Counted from the stretch's first letter, positions 19,474 through 31,409 are shown. The stretch: DNA of 64,000 nucleotides from Alphaproteobacteria bacterium (GCA_964291675.2 OZ219866.1:1152001-1216000), one strand, 5' to 3'. Program-made: numbers and translations. Notes: a model not told the origin generated them from the letters alone.

Positions 19474-20592
19474 ATGAAGATCGCCCGTATCGAGGCCATC
19501 CCGCTCGCAATCCCGCACGACCATGGCGGGCCGCCGCCCTCCTGGGGCGGGCAGGAATGGGACGGGCTCACCATCCTGCTGGTGCGCATCGACACCGAGG
19601 ACGGGGCGACCGGCTGGGGCGAGGCGTTCAGCTACAATTGCATGCCGGCCGTCAAGGCGGTCGTCGAGGCGACGGTGGCGCCGATACTCATCGGGCGCGA
19701 CGCGAGCGACATCGCGGCGATCAACCGCGACCTCCAGCAGGCGCTGCATCTCTTCGGGCGCTACGGCATCACCCTGTTCGGCATCTCGGCGGTCGACATC
19801 GCGCTCTGGGACCTCGCCGGCAAGCGGGCGGGGCTGCCGCTCGGCCGGCTGCTCGGCGGGCCCGCCGAACCGCCTTTGGTGCCGGGCTATGCCAGCCTGT
19901 TCAGGTACCGCGACCGGGAGCTGGTCGCGGAGACCGCGCGCGCGGCGCTCGCCGAAGGCTATCCTGCGATCAAGCTGCACGAGACCGAAGAGCCCGAGAT
20001 CGCCGCGGCGCGGGCGGCGATGGGGGGCGGCGTGCCGCTCTCGGTCGACGTGAACTGCCCCTGGACGCCAGGCGAGGCGCGGGCGATGGCCGCCCGGCTC
20101 AAGCCCTACCACCTGCACTGGCTGGAGGAGCCGATCTTCCCGCCCGAGGATTTTTCCGCCCTCGCCCGGCTCCAGCGCGAATCCGGGATCGACCTCGCCT
20201 GCGGCGAGAACGCGTCGACGTCCTTCGAGTTCCAGAGCCTGCTGGAAGCGGGGGCGGCGCGCTACGTCCAGCCGAGCGTTACCAAGCTCGGCGGGGCGAC
20301 CGAGTTCCTCAAGGTGCTGGCGCTCGCCGAGGCCCACGGCGCGGCCGTCATGCCGCACTCCCCCTATTTCGGGCCGGGCTGGCTCGCCACCCTCCAACTC
20401 GTCGGCGCCATGCCGCTCACCGGCCGCCCCGGCGGTGCCTGGATCGAGCGCTTCTACACGAAGCTGGAGGCGACGCTCTACCCGGGCCTGGTCTCGCCGG
20501 TCGAGGGCGGCAAGTTCCGCATCCCCACCGGCCCCGGCCTCGGCGCCGAGCCCGACCCGGACGCGATCCGCGACTACCGGGTGGCGGGGTAG
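19474..20592 (+). CDS. Mandelate racemase/muconate lactonizing enzyme family protein
   Basis: GWGE, DIALWDL.GK, KLH, DVN, WLEEP, GEN, GPGLG. Confidence 0.9.
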   Translation: MKIARIEAIPLAIPHDHGGPPPSWGGQEWDGLTILLVRIDTEDGATGWGEAFSYNCMPAVKAVVEATVAPILIGRDASDIAAINRDLQQALHLFGRYGITLFGISAVDIALWDLAGKRAGLPLGRLLGGPAEPPLVPGYASLFRYRDRELVAETARAALAEGYPAIKLHETEEPEIAAARAAMGGGVPLSVDVNCPWTPGEARAMAARLKPYHLHWLEEPIFPPEDFSALARLQRESGIDLACGENASTSFEFQSLLEAGAARYVQPSVTKLGGATEFLKVLALAEAHGAAVMPHSPYFGPGWLATLQLVGAMPLTGRPGGAWIERFYTKLEATLYPGLVSPVEGGKFRIPTGPGLGAEPDPDAIRDYRVAG

Positions 20593-20630
20593 GGCAGGGC
20601 CGTCCGGGACGGAACCGATGCGGCGTGGCG

Positions 20631-20728
20631 CCCCTCGATACGGCGCTCCCGCGCCTACTCGGGATGAGGCTTTTTTCCTCACCTTCCTCATCCTGAGTCG
20701 CCGCACAGCCGCGTATCGGAGGACGCAC
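20631..20728. repeat. Palindromic intergenic repeat, family A copy 1
   Basis: CCTCGATAC..CTACTCGGGATGAGG / CCTCATCCTGAGT..GTATCGGAGGACGC; homologous to 29478 and 32754. Confidence 0.8.
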
Positions 20729-20895
20729 CTCCGCCGCTTCGGCCCTTCCAAGCAAGATGGACAGGCTCCCGGGAAGCAGTGCCGGAGGCCCTTCACCTGC
20801 GACGATGCGACGCATTGCGGGTCCGGCCCGAACCGGTCAACGCTGCGCATCGTCACGACCCGAACCGGCGGCTGTTTCGGGTCTCGGAGTGTCGG

Positions 20896-21453
20896 ATGGC
20901 CGAGAGCAACGGCGAGGCGAAGACCGACAGCGCCGTGGACGTTCGGTCCCATTCAACCCGTGCGGCCCGCCGCGATCGCGCCGGCTGGATCGTGTTCGGC
21001 GCGGTGTCGGTCCTTTGGCTGCCCGCCACCTTCGCTCTGCTCGGTAACGAATGGTATGGCGGTCCGCGGGTCGATCCCGCCGGTCAACTCAAGGTCGTGG
21101 CACTCTTCACCCTCGCGGGCCTCCCGCTGGCTCTTGCTTGCGGTTTGATTTGCTGGGCAGGCTCTCCCGGCGGCGCGTGGGCGCTGCTGGCCACTCTTGG
21201 GACCTTTGTCTTCATCTGGAGTGTGGGCGTACTCGTCGCCTTCAGCAAAGACGGTCATGCGCCATTGGGGCGCACCGCGTTGGCCGTTGGCTTGGGTACG
21301 GCGGCCATCAGCCTGCCGATCTGGCTCGGATACGCCATTTGGCGCGTCGCTCGGTATTGGGAGCGCCGGGCGGCGGATGCCGGTTCCGGCAAGCATAGCG
21401 GGCTCGGATGGGAGCCGCGGAACCGGTCGGGCGATCCCGGTGAAGGCGCCTAG
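20896..21453 (+). CDS. Hypothetical membrane protein (about 4 TM)
   Basis: Open frame with hydrophobic segments; more A/T at third positions than neighbours. Confidence 0.55.
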   Translation: MAESNGEAKTDSAVDVRSHSTRAARRDRAGWIVFGAVSVLWLPATFALLGNEWYGGPRVDPAGQLKVVALFTLAGLPLALACGLICWAGSPGGAWALLATLGTFVFIWSVGVLVAFSKDGHAPLGRTALAVGLGTAAISLPIWLGYAIWRVARYWERRAADAGSGKHSGLGWEPRNRSGDPGEGA

Positions 21454-21481
21454 CCGCGATCTCTCAACAGGTTATCCCCAA

Positions 21482-21513
21482 CGTCATGGCCGGACTCGTT
21501 CCGGCCATCCACG
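21482..21513. repeat. REP-like palindrome, family B
   Basis: CGTCATGGCCGGACTCGTTCCGGCCATCCACG hairpin. Confidence 0.75.
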
Positions 21514-21624
21514 CGGTTGCCCGGCGGCGGGCGGGCTCCGACGACAGAGCTATCTGAAACAAGTCTGGAAATGGCGGGGGAAGGGACGCCGCATCGCTCG
21601 GCAGAGAACTTCGGAACCGGGACC

Positions 21625-22143
21625 CTAAACCGGAAATACCAGGCAGTTGTTGATCACCACCGAGTCGTAGACGCAGCGGCGCTCGGCGAGCAGGAGGCGG
21701 CCGTCGACGCGCTCGAAGAGGTCGTAGTACTTGCCGACCTGCTGGATGCGGCTCGGCTCCTCGACCAGAGTCTCCAGCAGCAGGTAGTTGGCCTCGGCGC
21801 GGATGGTCTGCCCCGACACCTCGTGCACCCGGACGTTGTTGATCTGCAAGTTCAGGTAGCGCGGGGCGTACATCTCGGTGTTGCGCAGCGCGAACGCGCG
21901 GTCCTTGAGCATGCCCTTGCCCTCGCAATAGACGAGGCCCAAGGGCAGGCCCGACTCATGGTTGTCGCGCGCGACGATGCAGTAGAACGCGTCGTCGGTG
22001 AAGAACTCGCACCACTGCTCGACCTCGCCGCGCTCCAGCGCGTCGGCGTAGTCGAAGTGGAACTCCTCGATCTCCAGCCTGAGGTCGCGGAACGCGGTGC
22101 GGTCGGCCCGCGCCGCGCGCACCCCCGCCGCGGTCTCGCTCAC
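21625..22143 (-). CDS. Aromatic ring-hydroxylating oxygenase beta subunit (NagH/AndAd-like)
   Basis: W.EFFTDDA.Y, REN-like RDN..GLPL, MLKDR, ANY, GKY.D; GTGA overlap with alpha subunit. Confidence 0.9.
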   Translation of the reverse strand: MSETAAGVRAARADRTAFRDLRLEIEEFHFDYADALERGEVEQWCEFFTDDAFYCIVARDNHESGLPLGLVYCEGKGMLKDRAFALRNTEMYAPRYLNLQINNVRVHEVSGQTIRAEANYLLLETLVEEPSRIQQVGKYYDLFERVDGRLLLAERRCVYDSVVINNCLVFPV

Positions 22144-23411
22144 AGCGCCATCGCCTCGCGGTAGTAGCGGTACATGGCGCGGATCGCGCGCTCGGTGATG
22201 ATGGTGTCCGTCTCCTCCGCGTCGTCGCCCAACAGCGCGAGCCCGACCCGAGGCATCGAGCGCCTGAGCCCGTCCTGGACGAATTTGAGCGCCTCGTTGT
22301 CCTCGATCCCCAGGAACCCGCCGGGGCCGAAGATGTTGTTCTGGCGCAGCCGGTGCCGCGTCATCGCCTCGTCGTCCGTCGCGCGGCCGAACACCGCCCA
22401 GATCATCATCAGCTCGTTCGGCCCGCGCGGCACGATGAGCCGGGTGTTCAAGATGTTGGTCTGGCGCAGCGCCGTCATATTGGGCCAGATCGTCATCGCC
22501 GCGCCGGACCACGAGGAGTCGAACTCGCGGACGAAGTCGAGCACGCTCTCGTCGTTGAGCCTGAGCCCTTCGCGATAGGCCTGGATCTGCGCCTGGTCCT
22601 CCTCGCTCACGTCGGGGCGGCCCTGCGGGCGGCGCGAGAGCAGCGCGCTGTGGCGCCCGACGGGATCGACCAGGATGTCGGACTCGTTGCTGGTCACGAA
22701 CAGCCCGAAGGTCGTGAGGTAGGTGTGCAGCAGCGTCGCGTGGTAGGGGTCCTTGAGGTTCTCCTGGTACAGCTTCCAGTTGCCCGGCAGGATGTTGCGG
22801 TGGAGCCCGAGCAGCACCTGCTCGGTGCCGTCGAAGATGATGTCGAACTGTTCGCGGATCTCGGGGCCGAGATAGTCCTCGACCGGCTCCATGTCCTCGC
22901 AGGCGGTGGCGAAGATCACGCCGCGATAGGCCGACGCCTTGAACTTCCTGAGCCCGTGCTCGGCCATGTCGAAGCCGGGCGGCATGCCCCCCTTGCCCTT
23001 CACCCCGCGGCGGAACGGCACCGCCACCAGATCGCCCGCGAGGTCGTAGGTCCAGTTGTGGTAGGGGCAGACGAAGCGCTCGGTATTGCCGCGGTATTCG
23101 CGGCAGTACTCGGCGCCGCGATGGGCGCAGCGGTTCTCGAACACGTGGACTCCGCGGTCGGCGTCGCGGGTGACCACCACCGGCACCTCGCCGACATAGG
23201 AGCGGATGTAGTCGCCCGGCTTCGGCACCTCGCATTCGAGGCCGACGAAGTTCCAGTGCCGGCCGAAGAAGATGCGCTCCTGCTCGCGGGCATAGATCCA
23301 CGCGTCGGTATAGACCCAGTCCGGCACCTGCGTTTCGTCATTCGGCCAGGCCAGCTCGGCCGGCGCCGTGGCGCCGTTGCCGTTGGCCGGAAAACGGTTC
23401 GTTCCGTCCAT
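22140..23411 (-). CDS. Aromatic ring-hydroxylating oxygenase alpha subunit (salicylate 5-hydroxylase NagG/AndAc-like)
   Basis: NRCAHRG, CPYHNWTY, NWKLYQENLKDPYHATLLH, FGPGG..EDNE. Confidence 0.9.
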   Translation of the reverse strand: MDGTNRFPANGNGATAPAELAWPNDETQVPDWVYTDAWIYAREQERIFFGRHWNFVGLECEVPKPGDYIRSYVGEVPVVVTRDADRGVHVFENRCAHRGAEYCREYRGNTERFVCPYHNWTYDLAGDLVAVPFRRGVKGKGGMPPGFDMAEHGLRKFKASAYRGVIFATACEDMEPVEDYLGPEIREQFDIIFDGTEQVLLGLHRNILPGNWKLYQENLKDPYHATLLHTYLTTFGLFVTSNESDILVDPVGRHSALLSRRPQGRPDVSEEDQAQIQAYREGLRLNDESVLDFVREFDSSWSGAAMTIWPNMTALRQTNILNTRLIVPRGPNELMMIWAVFGRATDDEAMTRHRLRQNNIFGPGGFLGIEDNEALKFVQDGLRRSMPRVGLALLGDDAEETDTIITERAIRAMYRYYREAMAL

Positions 23412-23537
23412 GCCCCGTCTCCTGCTTGCGGGTTGGAGTATCCGCCGGATGGGGCGCGCTCGCAAGCCGCGGGCGAAAGGGTGTCCCTGCCCGGATCGAA
23501 GCGACGGAACGCCGTGTCGGCGGGTTCGCTCCGCCGG

Positions 23538-23672
23538 TCAGTTCTTCCTGGGCGGTGGTGGCGGAGGGGGCGGAGGTTTGGCGGCGCCCGGCGGCTTGGG
23601 CGATACGCCTTTCTCCAATGGTACGGAACCCGGACCTCGTCTTGAAGGCGGGGGCGTGGGCTCCTTGGCCAT
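23538..23672 (-). CDS. 44-aa proline-rich basic peptide (not in ORF track)
   Basis: AAGGAG RBS 6 nt before ATG; MAKEPTPPPSRRGPGSVPLEKGVSPKPPGAAKPPPPPPPPPRKN; Pro run uses all four codons. Confidence 0.65.
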   Translation of the reverse strand: MAKEPTPPPSRRGPGSVPLEKGVSPKPPGAAKPPPPPPPPPRKN

Positions 23673-23714
23673 GACTTGCTCCTTGTGCTGCCCGTTGGAT
23701 TCCGGTTCTTCGGT

Positions 23715-24311
23715 CTAACTATGGCGTACTTCCAGAAACTCGACCATTTCAACTTCCCCGGCGGGAATGAGAATGCTGGCGACTCCTTCGATGGGCTCCC
23801 GTCTGTCGTCATACAACCATTCACCCTCCGCGATGCGGAAATGTCCGTCGGCGGGATGGCTGGGCCACTCTTCCGGCCAGCCGAGAAGGCGCCGCTGCCC
23901 GTCCAGGTGCAAGACGACATAGGAGTCTCGGTGCCGGGAGAATGCCGAGTACCATTCGGACGGGTAAGAAGTCTCCTTGGTGATGCCGGCTCGGCGTAGA
24001 AACTTGTGCAAGGAGTCCGTGTTGGAGAAATAGGAGGCGAGCAGTCCCAGCACGACTGCGACAACGATGGAAAGTGCGGCCTCCCACGTCCCGGCCGCCG
24101 CGAGCTTCTCTTGCGCGCTAGACAGGGCCAGCAGGCAGTATTTCGTTATTGTCTGCCCGACCACAGTGAATATCAGCGCCACAACGACACGATCGAATGT
24201 GCCGGGCCTAGGATGGGATGTCAGAGAATAGAAGACGGCAGCGGCAACGAATCCCGGTAGGAGAAAGGTCAGGACGCCGACGAATTCACCGGATGCCCAG
24301 TCGATATCCAT
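23715..24311 (-). CDS. DUF6338-like membrane protein
   Basis: LLPGF..VFYSLT, FDRVVVALIF, SEW..AF, YVVLHL.G.RRL.GWP.EWPS; lower GC; family recalled, not searched. Confidence 0.7.
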   Translation of the reverse strand: MDIDWASGEFVGVLTFLLPGFVAAAVFYSLTSHPRPGTFDRVVVALIFTVVGQTITKYCLLALSSAQEKLAAAGTWEAALSIVVAVVLGLLASYFSNTDSLHKFLRRAGITKETSYPSEWYSAFSRHRDSYVVLHLDGQRRLLGWPEEWPSHPADGHFRIAEGEWLYDDRREPIEGVASILIPAGEVEMVEFLEVRHS

Positions 24312-24431
24312 CGCCCACAGCCCCACGCAGATTCACGATTTGTTCCAACCCCAGGATACCGACCCGTTGGATTGCGTCAAGCCCTTCCGTTTCTCGAATT
24401 TCCCGCCGGCCCTCGGCCGCGCGAGGTCCGG

Positions 24432-25256
24432 CTACGCGTCCCGGTTCGCCTCCTGCACCACCGCGCGGTCGTTGTAGCCGGCGAGGCTCCGCTCCATGGC
24501 GGCGACGCAAACCGGGTCGAGGTCGAAGCGCGGCTCGGGGTCCGGGTCCCAGTGGCCGTAGCGGTCCTCGCCGCGCACCAGCAGCGCCGAGCGGCGGCCG
24601 ATCGCCGAGCGCACCCGGGTCGGGATGTAGATGAAGGAGATCCCCATCCGGCGCCACGCGCTCCGGTTCGGCTCCGAGCCGTGGATCAGCCGCTCGTGGT
24701 GGATCGAGAACTGCCCCGCCCTGAGCACCAGGTCGACCGCGCCCGCATCGTCAATCCCCTCCAGCGTCTGGCCGCGCGACAGCAGATTGTCCGCGGCGTA
24801 GGTCTCGACATGGACCAGCTCCGCGCCGCGATGGCTGCCCGGGATCACCCGCACGCAGCCGCTCTCGGGCGTGGAATCGCTGAAGGCGAACCACACCGTC
24901 GCCTCCTCGTGCGGGTCGAGCCCGTAATAGGCCGAATCCTGGTGCCACGAGACATAGGACGGATCGCCCGCCCCCTTGAACCAGAAGGTCGACAGGTAGA
25001 CCAGCAGATCGGGGCCGAGCAAATCCTCCACCGCGTCGAGGATCGCCGGGTGGCGCGCCAGCCCGACCAGCCAGGGGAAGACGAGGTGGCCCTTGACGCG
25101 GAGCTCCTTCGTCGCGTCGACCCCGCTCGCGCGTTCGTAGTCCTCGATCCGGCGGCCGAGCGCCCGCGCCTCGTCCGCCCCCATCGCCTCGACCGGGCAG
25201 ACATAGCCGTCGCGTTCGAAGGCGGCGACCTGCGCCGCGCTCAGGATCTTGCCCAT
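24432..25256 (-). CDS. Phytanoyl-CoA dioxygenase (PhyH) family Fe(II)/2OG dioxygenase
   Basis: WHQD facial-triad motif, GQFSIHHERLIHGS.PN, R.G. Confidence 0.9.
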   Translation of the reverse strand: MGKILSAAQVAAFERDGYVCPVEAMGADEARALGRRIEDYERASGVDATKELRVKGHLVFPWLVGLARHPAILDAVEDLLGPDLLVYLSTFWFKGAGDPSYVSWHQDSAYYGLDPHEEATVWFAFSDSTPESGCVRVIPGSHRGAELVHVETYAADNLLSRGQTLEGIDDAGAVDLVLRAGQFSIHHERLIHGSEPNRSAWRRMGISFIYIPTRVRSAIGRRSALLVRGEDRYGHWDPDPEPRFDLDPVCVAAMERSLAGYNDRAVVQEANRDA

Positions 25257-25266
25257 GGCGTCCTCC

Positions 25267-26127
25267 TCACACCCCCATCAGGCCGCGGACCGCGCGGGTC
25301 AGGCGTCCCTCCGGGTTCTGGTAGTCGAACACGATGTCGAAATGGTTGGTCTCCGCCATGTCGACATAATCGGCCGAGAACCCCTTCGCGCGCCATGCCG
25401 CGGCGTAGTCGTCGGTCTGGCGCTTGAACTCCGAGGTCTCGTTGCCGCCATAGGAGACGACCAGCGGGCAGCCCGCCTCCGGCAGATGGTGGATCGGGCT
25501 GTTACGCCGCGCCGCCGCCTCGTCGAGCCGGGCCCATTCGTTGACCTCCGAGAGCCGGATCGGCTCCAGGTCGAAGATGCCGGAGATCGCGCACGCCCCC
25601 TTGACGATGTCTTCCGGCACGCCGAGCTCCGCGTGCCAGCCGCCCGAGATCATCGCCCCGGTGAGATGCCCGCCGGCCGAGCTACCGGTGACGAAGATGC
25701 GCTCCGGATCGCCGCCGAACGAGCCCGCCTCGGCCCGGGTCCAGGCGAGTGCGCGGCGGCATTGCGCGACGATGACATCGAGGCTCGCTTCCGGCGCCAG
25801 GCTGTAATTGACCGTCACCACGGCGGCGCCGAGGCCCGCGAAGCACTCCGCCATGAAGGCGCTCTCCTTCTGGCTCAGCATGCGCCAGTAGCCGCCATGG
25901 ATGTAGAACAGCACCGGCGCGCCGCCGCGGGCGGGGAAGATGTCGACCACCTCGTCGGCGGTCTCGCCGTAGCGCACGTCCTCGCGGCAGTCGAGGGCCT
26001 CGCGCGCCCGCGCGCTGTCGGCGGCGTAGCGCGCGACCGCCGCCTCGAACACCTCGACCGGCACGGTGCCCCGCGCCCGGTATTCCGCATCCAGCGTCTC
26101 CTGGTCGAAGCCGCGATAGACCGCCAT
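25267..26127 (-). CDS. Alpha/beta hydrolase (arylformamidase-like)
   Basis: IHGGYW, GSSAGGHL, ISGIFDL, NHF. Confidence 0.85.
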   Translation of the reverse strand: MAVYRGFDQETLDAEYRARGTVPVEVFEAAVARYAADSARAREALDCREDVRYGETADEVVDIFPARGGAPVLFYIHGGYWRMLSQKESAFMAECFAGLGAAVVTVNYSLAPEASLDVIVAQCRRALAWTRAEAGSFGGDPERIFVTGSSAGGHLTGAMISGGWHAELGVPEDIVKGACAISGIFDLEPIRLSEVNEWARLDEAAARRNSPIHHLPEAGCPLVVSYGGNETSEFKRQTDDYAAAWRAKGFSADYVDMAETNHFDIVFDYQNPEGRLTRAVRGLMGV

Positions 26128-26143
26128 TGCCGTTCTCCTCTGT

Positions 26144-26899
26144 CTATCCGTGCCGGGCGGGGGCCGGGTCGCGCGGGATTCCGAGCCAATCCGCCAGCCG
26201 GTCCATCGTCCCGTCGAGCCGCCCGCGCGCGACGATCGCGCCATGGGTGTACCAGGCGAGCGCGATCATCAACACGGCGGCGAAGAACACGTCGCTCAGG
26301 AAATGCGCGCCCATCGCCATGCGCAGCGCCCCCACCGCCGAGCCGAAGCCCATCGCCGCCCAGAATACCCGCCGGCGCAGGCCGAGCGGCACCAGAAACG
26401 CAAGCGCCACGTAGGCGAAGCCGTAGGCCGCCTCGCCGGAGACGAAGGAGCAGTTGCGCTCGCACTGGTCGGCGACGACCAGCGGCGGGCTAAAAGCCTT
26501 GTCGCCGCCGAACTCGGCGATCTCGCGCGGCCGCGCCCGGTCCCAGTGGTCCTTGAGCACGTTGTTGACGATCAGCCCCGGCCCGAGGAGCGAGAACACG
26601 ACGAGGAAGCAGATCGACCGCCGGGTGAGCCCGAACAGGTAGCGGCCCCAGAGATGGCGGCAGACCACCGAGAGCGCGAGCCCGGCGAAGACGACATAGC
26701 CGATCCGGATGAACCCCCGGCGCAGGGTCTGGAGGTCGGGGTCGCGCGCCGCCGGGAACCCGGCACCGGGGTCGTGGAACAGCCCGGCGAAGAACAGGTC
26801 GATCTCGGGAAACCGGTAGAGGATCGCGCCGGCGATCGCCGAGACCGCGCAGAACGCGAGCAGGCTTCGCCGTCCGTCCATCGGGCTCCGTTCGTCCAT
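26144..26899 (-). CDS. PAP2 family phosphatase (lipid A 4'-phosphatase LpxF-like)
   Basis: K..WDRARP, C..NCSFVSGE, RM..GAHFLSD. Confidence 0.75.
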   Translation of the reverse strand: MDERSPMDGRRSLLAFCAVSAIAGAILYRFPEIDLFFAGLFHDPGAGFPAARDPDLQTLRRGFIRIGYVVFAGLALSVVCRHLWGRYLFGLTRRSICFLVVFSLLGPGLIVNNVLKDHWDRARPREIAEFGGDKAFSPPLVVADQCERNCSFVSGEAAYGFAYVALAFLVPLGLRRRVFWAAMGFGSAVGALRMAMGAHFLSDVFFAAVLMIALAWYTHGAIVARGRLDGTMDRLADWLGIPRDPAPARHG

Positions 26900-27002
26900 C
26901 GCGGCCTGCCGGGTGGCGTCGTGGCGCAGGGTATCGCCCGCCGGCGGCGATTGCATCAACCCCCTGCCCTCCTATGATGGGCCGCCGTTCGAGGAGGGTT
27001 GC

Positions 27003-27592
27003 GTGTCCACAGGGCGTTCGCTTGCCGCCGCGTTGTCGCTGATCGCCGGACTAGCAGCCATTCCCTCCGGGGCGGCGCGCGCCGACAAGGCGACCATGGG
27101 GCTGATCTCCGCCGGCACCGCCTTCCTCGCCTACAGCGCGGCGTTCAACCGGACGGAGGGCGAAGAGCCCGATTCGCTGTCCGTCGGCACCGGCGTGTCG
27201 GACCCGATCGACCGGGAACACACCGCGGGCATGTTCCAGGTCGAGTACCGGCCCGCGCTGTGGGGTCTGCGCACCGGGCCGGTGGCCGGGCTCGCGGCCA
27301 CGCTCGACGGCCGCTTCATCGGCTATGCCGGGCTGCGCCACGACATCCTGTTCGCCGGGCGCTTCCTGGTGTCCTTCAACCTTGCCGCGGCCGCCTACCG
27401 CATCGAGGGCGACACCGACGAGGTCCGCGGGCTGCCCCAGTTCCGCACCGGTTTCGACATCCAGTACAAGCTGCCCGGCGGGTCCAAGGTCGGGGTCGCG
27501 CTGCAGCACTACTCGAACGCCGAGGTGTTCGAGAAGAGCAACCCGGGCACCGAGACCCTCGCCTTCACCTTCACCATGCCGCTCAGCCTGTT

Positions 27593-27596
<4 letters not shown>
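27003..27596 (+). CDS. Lipid A 3-O-deacylase PagL/acyloxyacyl hydrolase family outer-membrane protein
   Basis: Signal peptide; QHYSNA and NPGTE catalytic motifs; C-terminal Phe; GAGGAG RBS. Confidence 0.8.
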
Positions 27597-28408
<812 letters not shown>

Positions 28409-28495
28409 GGGTCTCGGTCGCTCCTCTGGCGGCTCTGGACGGTCGGGCGAAGCTACCCTAGAAGATCCGCCAGCGACACGGGAACGGGGACGGGA

Positions 28496-29473
28496 ATGGC
28501 GCTCAGACTCAGCTTCGCCTGCGGCAACTACGACCGCATGGACGCGCTCAAATCGGGCGAGGTCGCGCCCGAGGGCATCGACCTCGACTTCATCGGCATC
28601 GACGCGCCGCGCGAGATCTTCGACCGCATGATGGGGGAGAGCGCCTTCGACGTCTCGGAGCTGTCGTCCTCGGAGTTCGTCTCGATGACCGCCTCGGGCG
28701 ACCGCCGCTTCGTCGCACTCCCGGTCTTCCCCTCCAAGGCCTACCGCCACGGCTTCTTCTGCATCAACCGCAGGGCCGGGATCGCGGCTCCCAAGGACCT
28801 GGCGGGCAAGCGCATCGGCGTGCCGCTCTACACACAGACCGCCGCGGTCTGGTGCCGCGGCCATCTGGCCGAGGATTACGGCGTCGACCTGTCCGGCGTC
28901 GAGTGGGTCGAGGGCGCGGTCGAGAAGGGCGGCACCCACGGCACGCCGTCGGCGCCGCCGCTGTTGAAGCCGGCGCGCATCGTGCGGAACGAGACCGGGC
29001 GCTCGCTCAGCGAATTGCTGGCGGAAGGCGGGATCGACGCGCTGCTCGGCTCCCGGCTGCCGGACTCGCTGCGCACCCATCCGGACGTGGTCCGCCTGTT
29101 CCCCGACTTCCGCGAGGTCGAGAAGGCGCTCTACCGCACGCGGCGCATCCACCCGATCATGCACTTGGTGGCGATCAGGCGGGAGCTGCACGAGGCCGAC
29201 CCGTGGATCGCCCAATCCCTCTACGACGCCTTCGAGGCGTCCAGGGCGCTGGCGCTCGAACGCATGCGCAACTCGGCCGCCCAGCGCTACATGCTGCCCT
29301 TCCTGGTCTCCGACCTCGAGGAGATCGACGAGGTGTTCGGCGGCGACCCCTGGCGCTACGGCGTCGAGCCCAACCGCCCGACGCTGGAGGCGCTCGTGCG
29401 CTACCTGAAGGACCAGCACTTCATCGCCGAGGCGATGCCGGTCGACAGCCTGTTCGTTCCCGTGGAGGGGTGA
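28496..29473 (+). CDS. 4,5-dihydroxyphthalate decarboxylase-like / periplasmic-binding-fold protein
   Basis: ACG.YDR, FDVSELS, LPVFPS..RH, Y.QTAAVW.RG, HPIMH. Confidence 0.8.
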   Translation: MALRLSFACGNYDRMDALKSGEVAPEGIDLDFIGIDAPREIFDRMMGESAFDVSELSSSEFVSMTASGDRRFVALPVFPSKAYRHGFFCINRRAGIAAPKDLAGKRIGVPLYTQTAAVWCRGHLAEDYGVDLSGVEWVEGAVEKGGTHGTPSAPPLLKPARIVRNETGRSLSELLAEGGIDALLGSRLPDSLRTHPDVVRLFPDFREVEKALYRTRRIHPIMHLVAIRRELHEADPWIAQSLYDAFEASRALALERMRNSAAQRYMLPFLVSDLEEIDEVFGGDPWRYGVEPNRPTLEALVRYLKDQHFIAEAMPVDSLFVPVEG

Positions 29474-29477
29474 AGGG

Positions 29478-29587
29478 CCCTTCGATACGCGGCTTCGCCG
29501 CTACTCAGGATGAGGGTTGGGGAGCTTCCCGCAGGACTACCCCTCATCCTGAGTAGCCCCCCGCAGGGGGGCGTATCGAAGGACGCA
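29478..29587. repeat. Palindromic intergenic repeat, family A copy 2
   Basis: CCCTTCGATACGC..CTACTCAGGATGAGGG / CCCTCATCCTGAGTAG..GCGTATCGAAGGACGC. Confidence 0.85.
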
Positions 29588-29674
29588 GCGGGGTCCGCAA
29601 CGCTTCAACCCGAACCCCGCATGCTCTAGTTTGCCGACCACGACCATGCCTGTTCGAGCCGGGGAGGGGCCGCC

Positions 29675-30880
<1,206 letters not shown>

Positions 30881-30916
30881 GGGCGGGTCCGGGCGGGGCG
30901 CGGTCTCTCCACTCCG

Positions 30917-30935
30917 CCCCGGATCAGGTCCGGGG
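30917..30935. repeat. Short palindrome CCCCGGATCAGGTCCGGGG (family B core)
   Basis: Near-identical to 31747-31765 and 32769-32787. Confidence 0.7.
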
Positions 30936-30962
30936 CTCCGCGCCGCGCGCCCCGGTCGACGG

Positions 30963-31397
30963 TCAGGCGGCCTCTTCCACGGTGACCACCAGGCGCTTCC
31001 TGAAGCGGGCCAGGGCTTCCTCCAGCCTGCCGATCTTGGTGGCGTGGCGGGGATCGAGCATGCGGCGAACCTCGCTCTCCTGAATGCCCATGGCCGCCGC
31101 GAAGGCGCTGTTGGACAGCCGTCGTTCGCGCAGTGCCTCGTAGAGCGCCGCCTTGGCGGCCAGCACCGCGCCGGGCACCGCCGCAGGCCGGCCCCTGGCC
31201 GGGCTCGGCGTCGGGATATCCTCGCGCCGCGCGATGCGGCCCGCGAGCGCTTCTTCCAGGCAGTCCCCGGCTTCCGCGACCGCCTCGGCGAACGTGTCGC
31301 CGTCCGTGAACGCCTCCTCGAAGTCCGGGAAGGTGACCGAATAGCCGCCTTCGCGTTCCTTGTGAAGGTCGATGGGATAGCTGTACCGGGTTGCCAT
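30963..31397 (-). CDS. hicB: HicB family antitoxin
   Basis: YSVTFPDF.EA.TDG.T..EA...A.DCL; IPTPS; C-terminal HTH (EVRRMLDPRH.TK). Confidence 0.9.
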   Translation of the reverse strand: MATRYSYPIDLHKEREGGYSVTFPDFEEAFTDGDTFAEAVAEAGDCLEEALAGRIARREDIPTPSPARGRPAAVPGAVLAAKAALYEALRERRLSNSAFAAAMGIQESEVRRMLDPRHATKIGRLEEALARFRKRLVVTVEEAA

Positions 31398-31409
31398 GGT
31401 CGAAACTCC

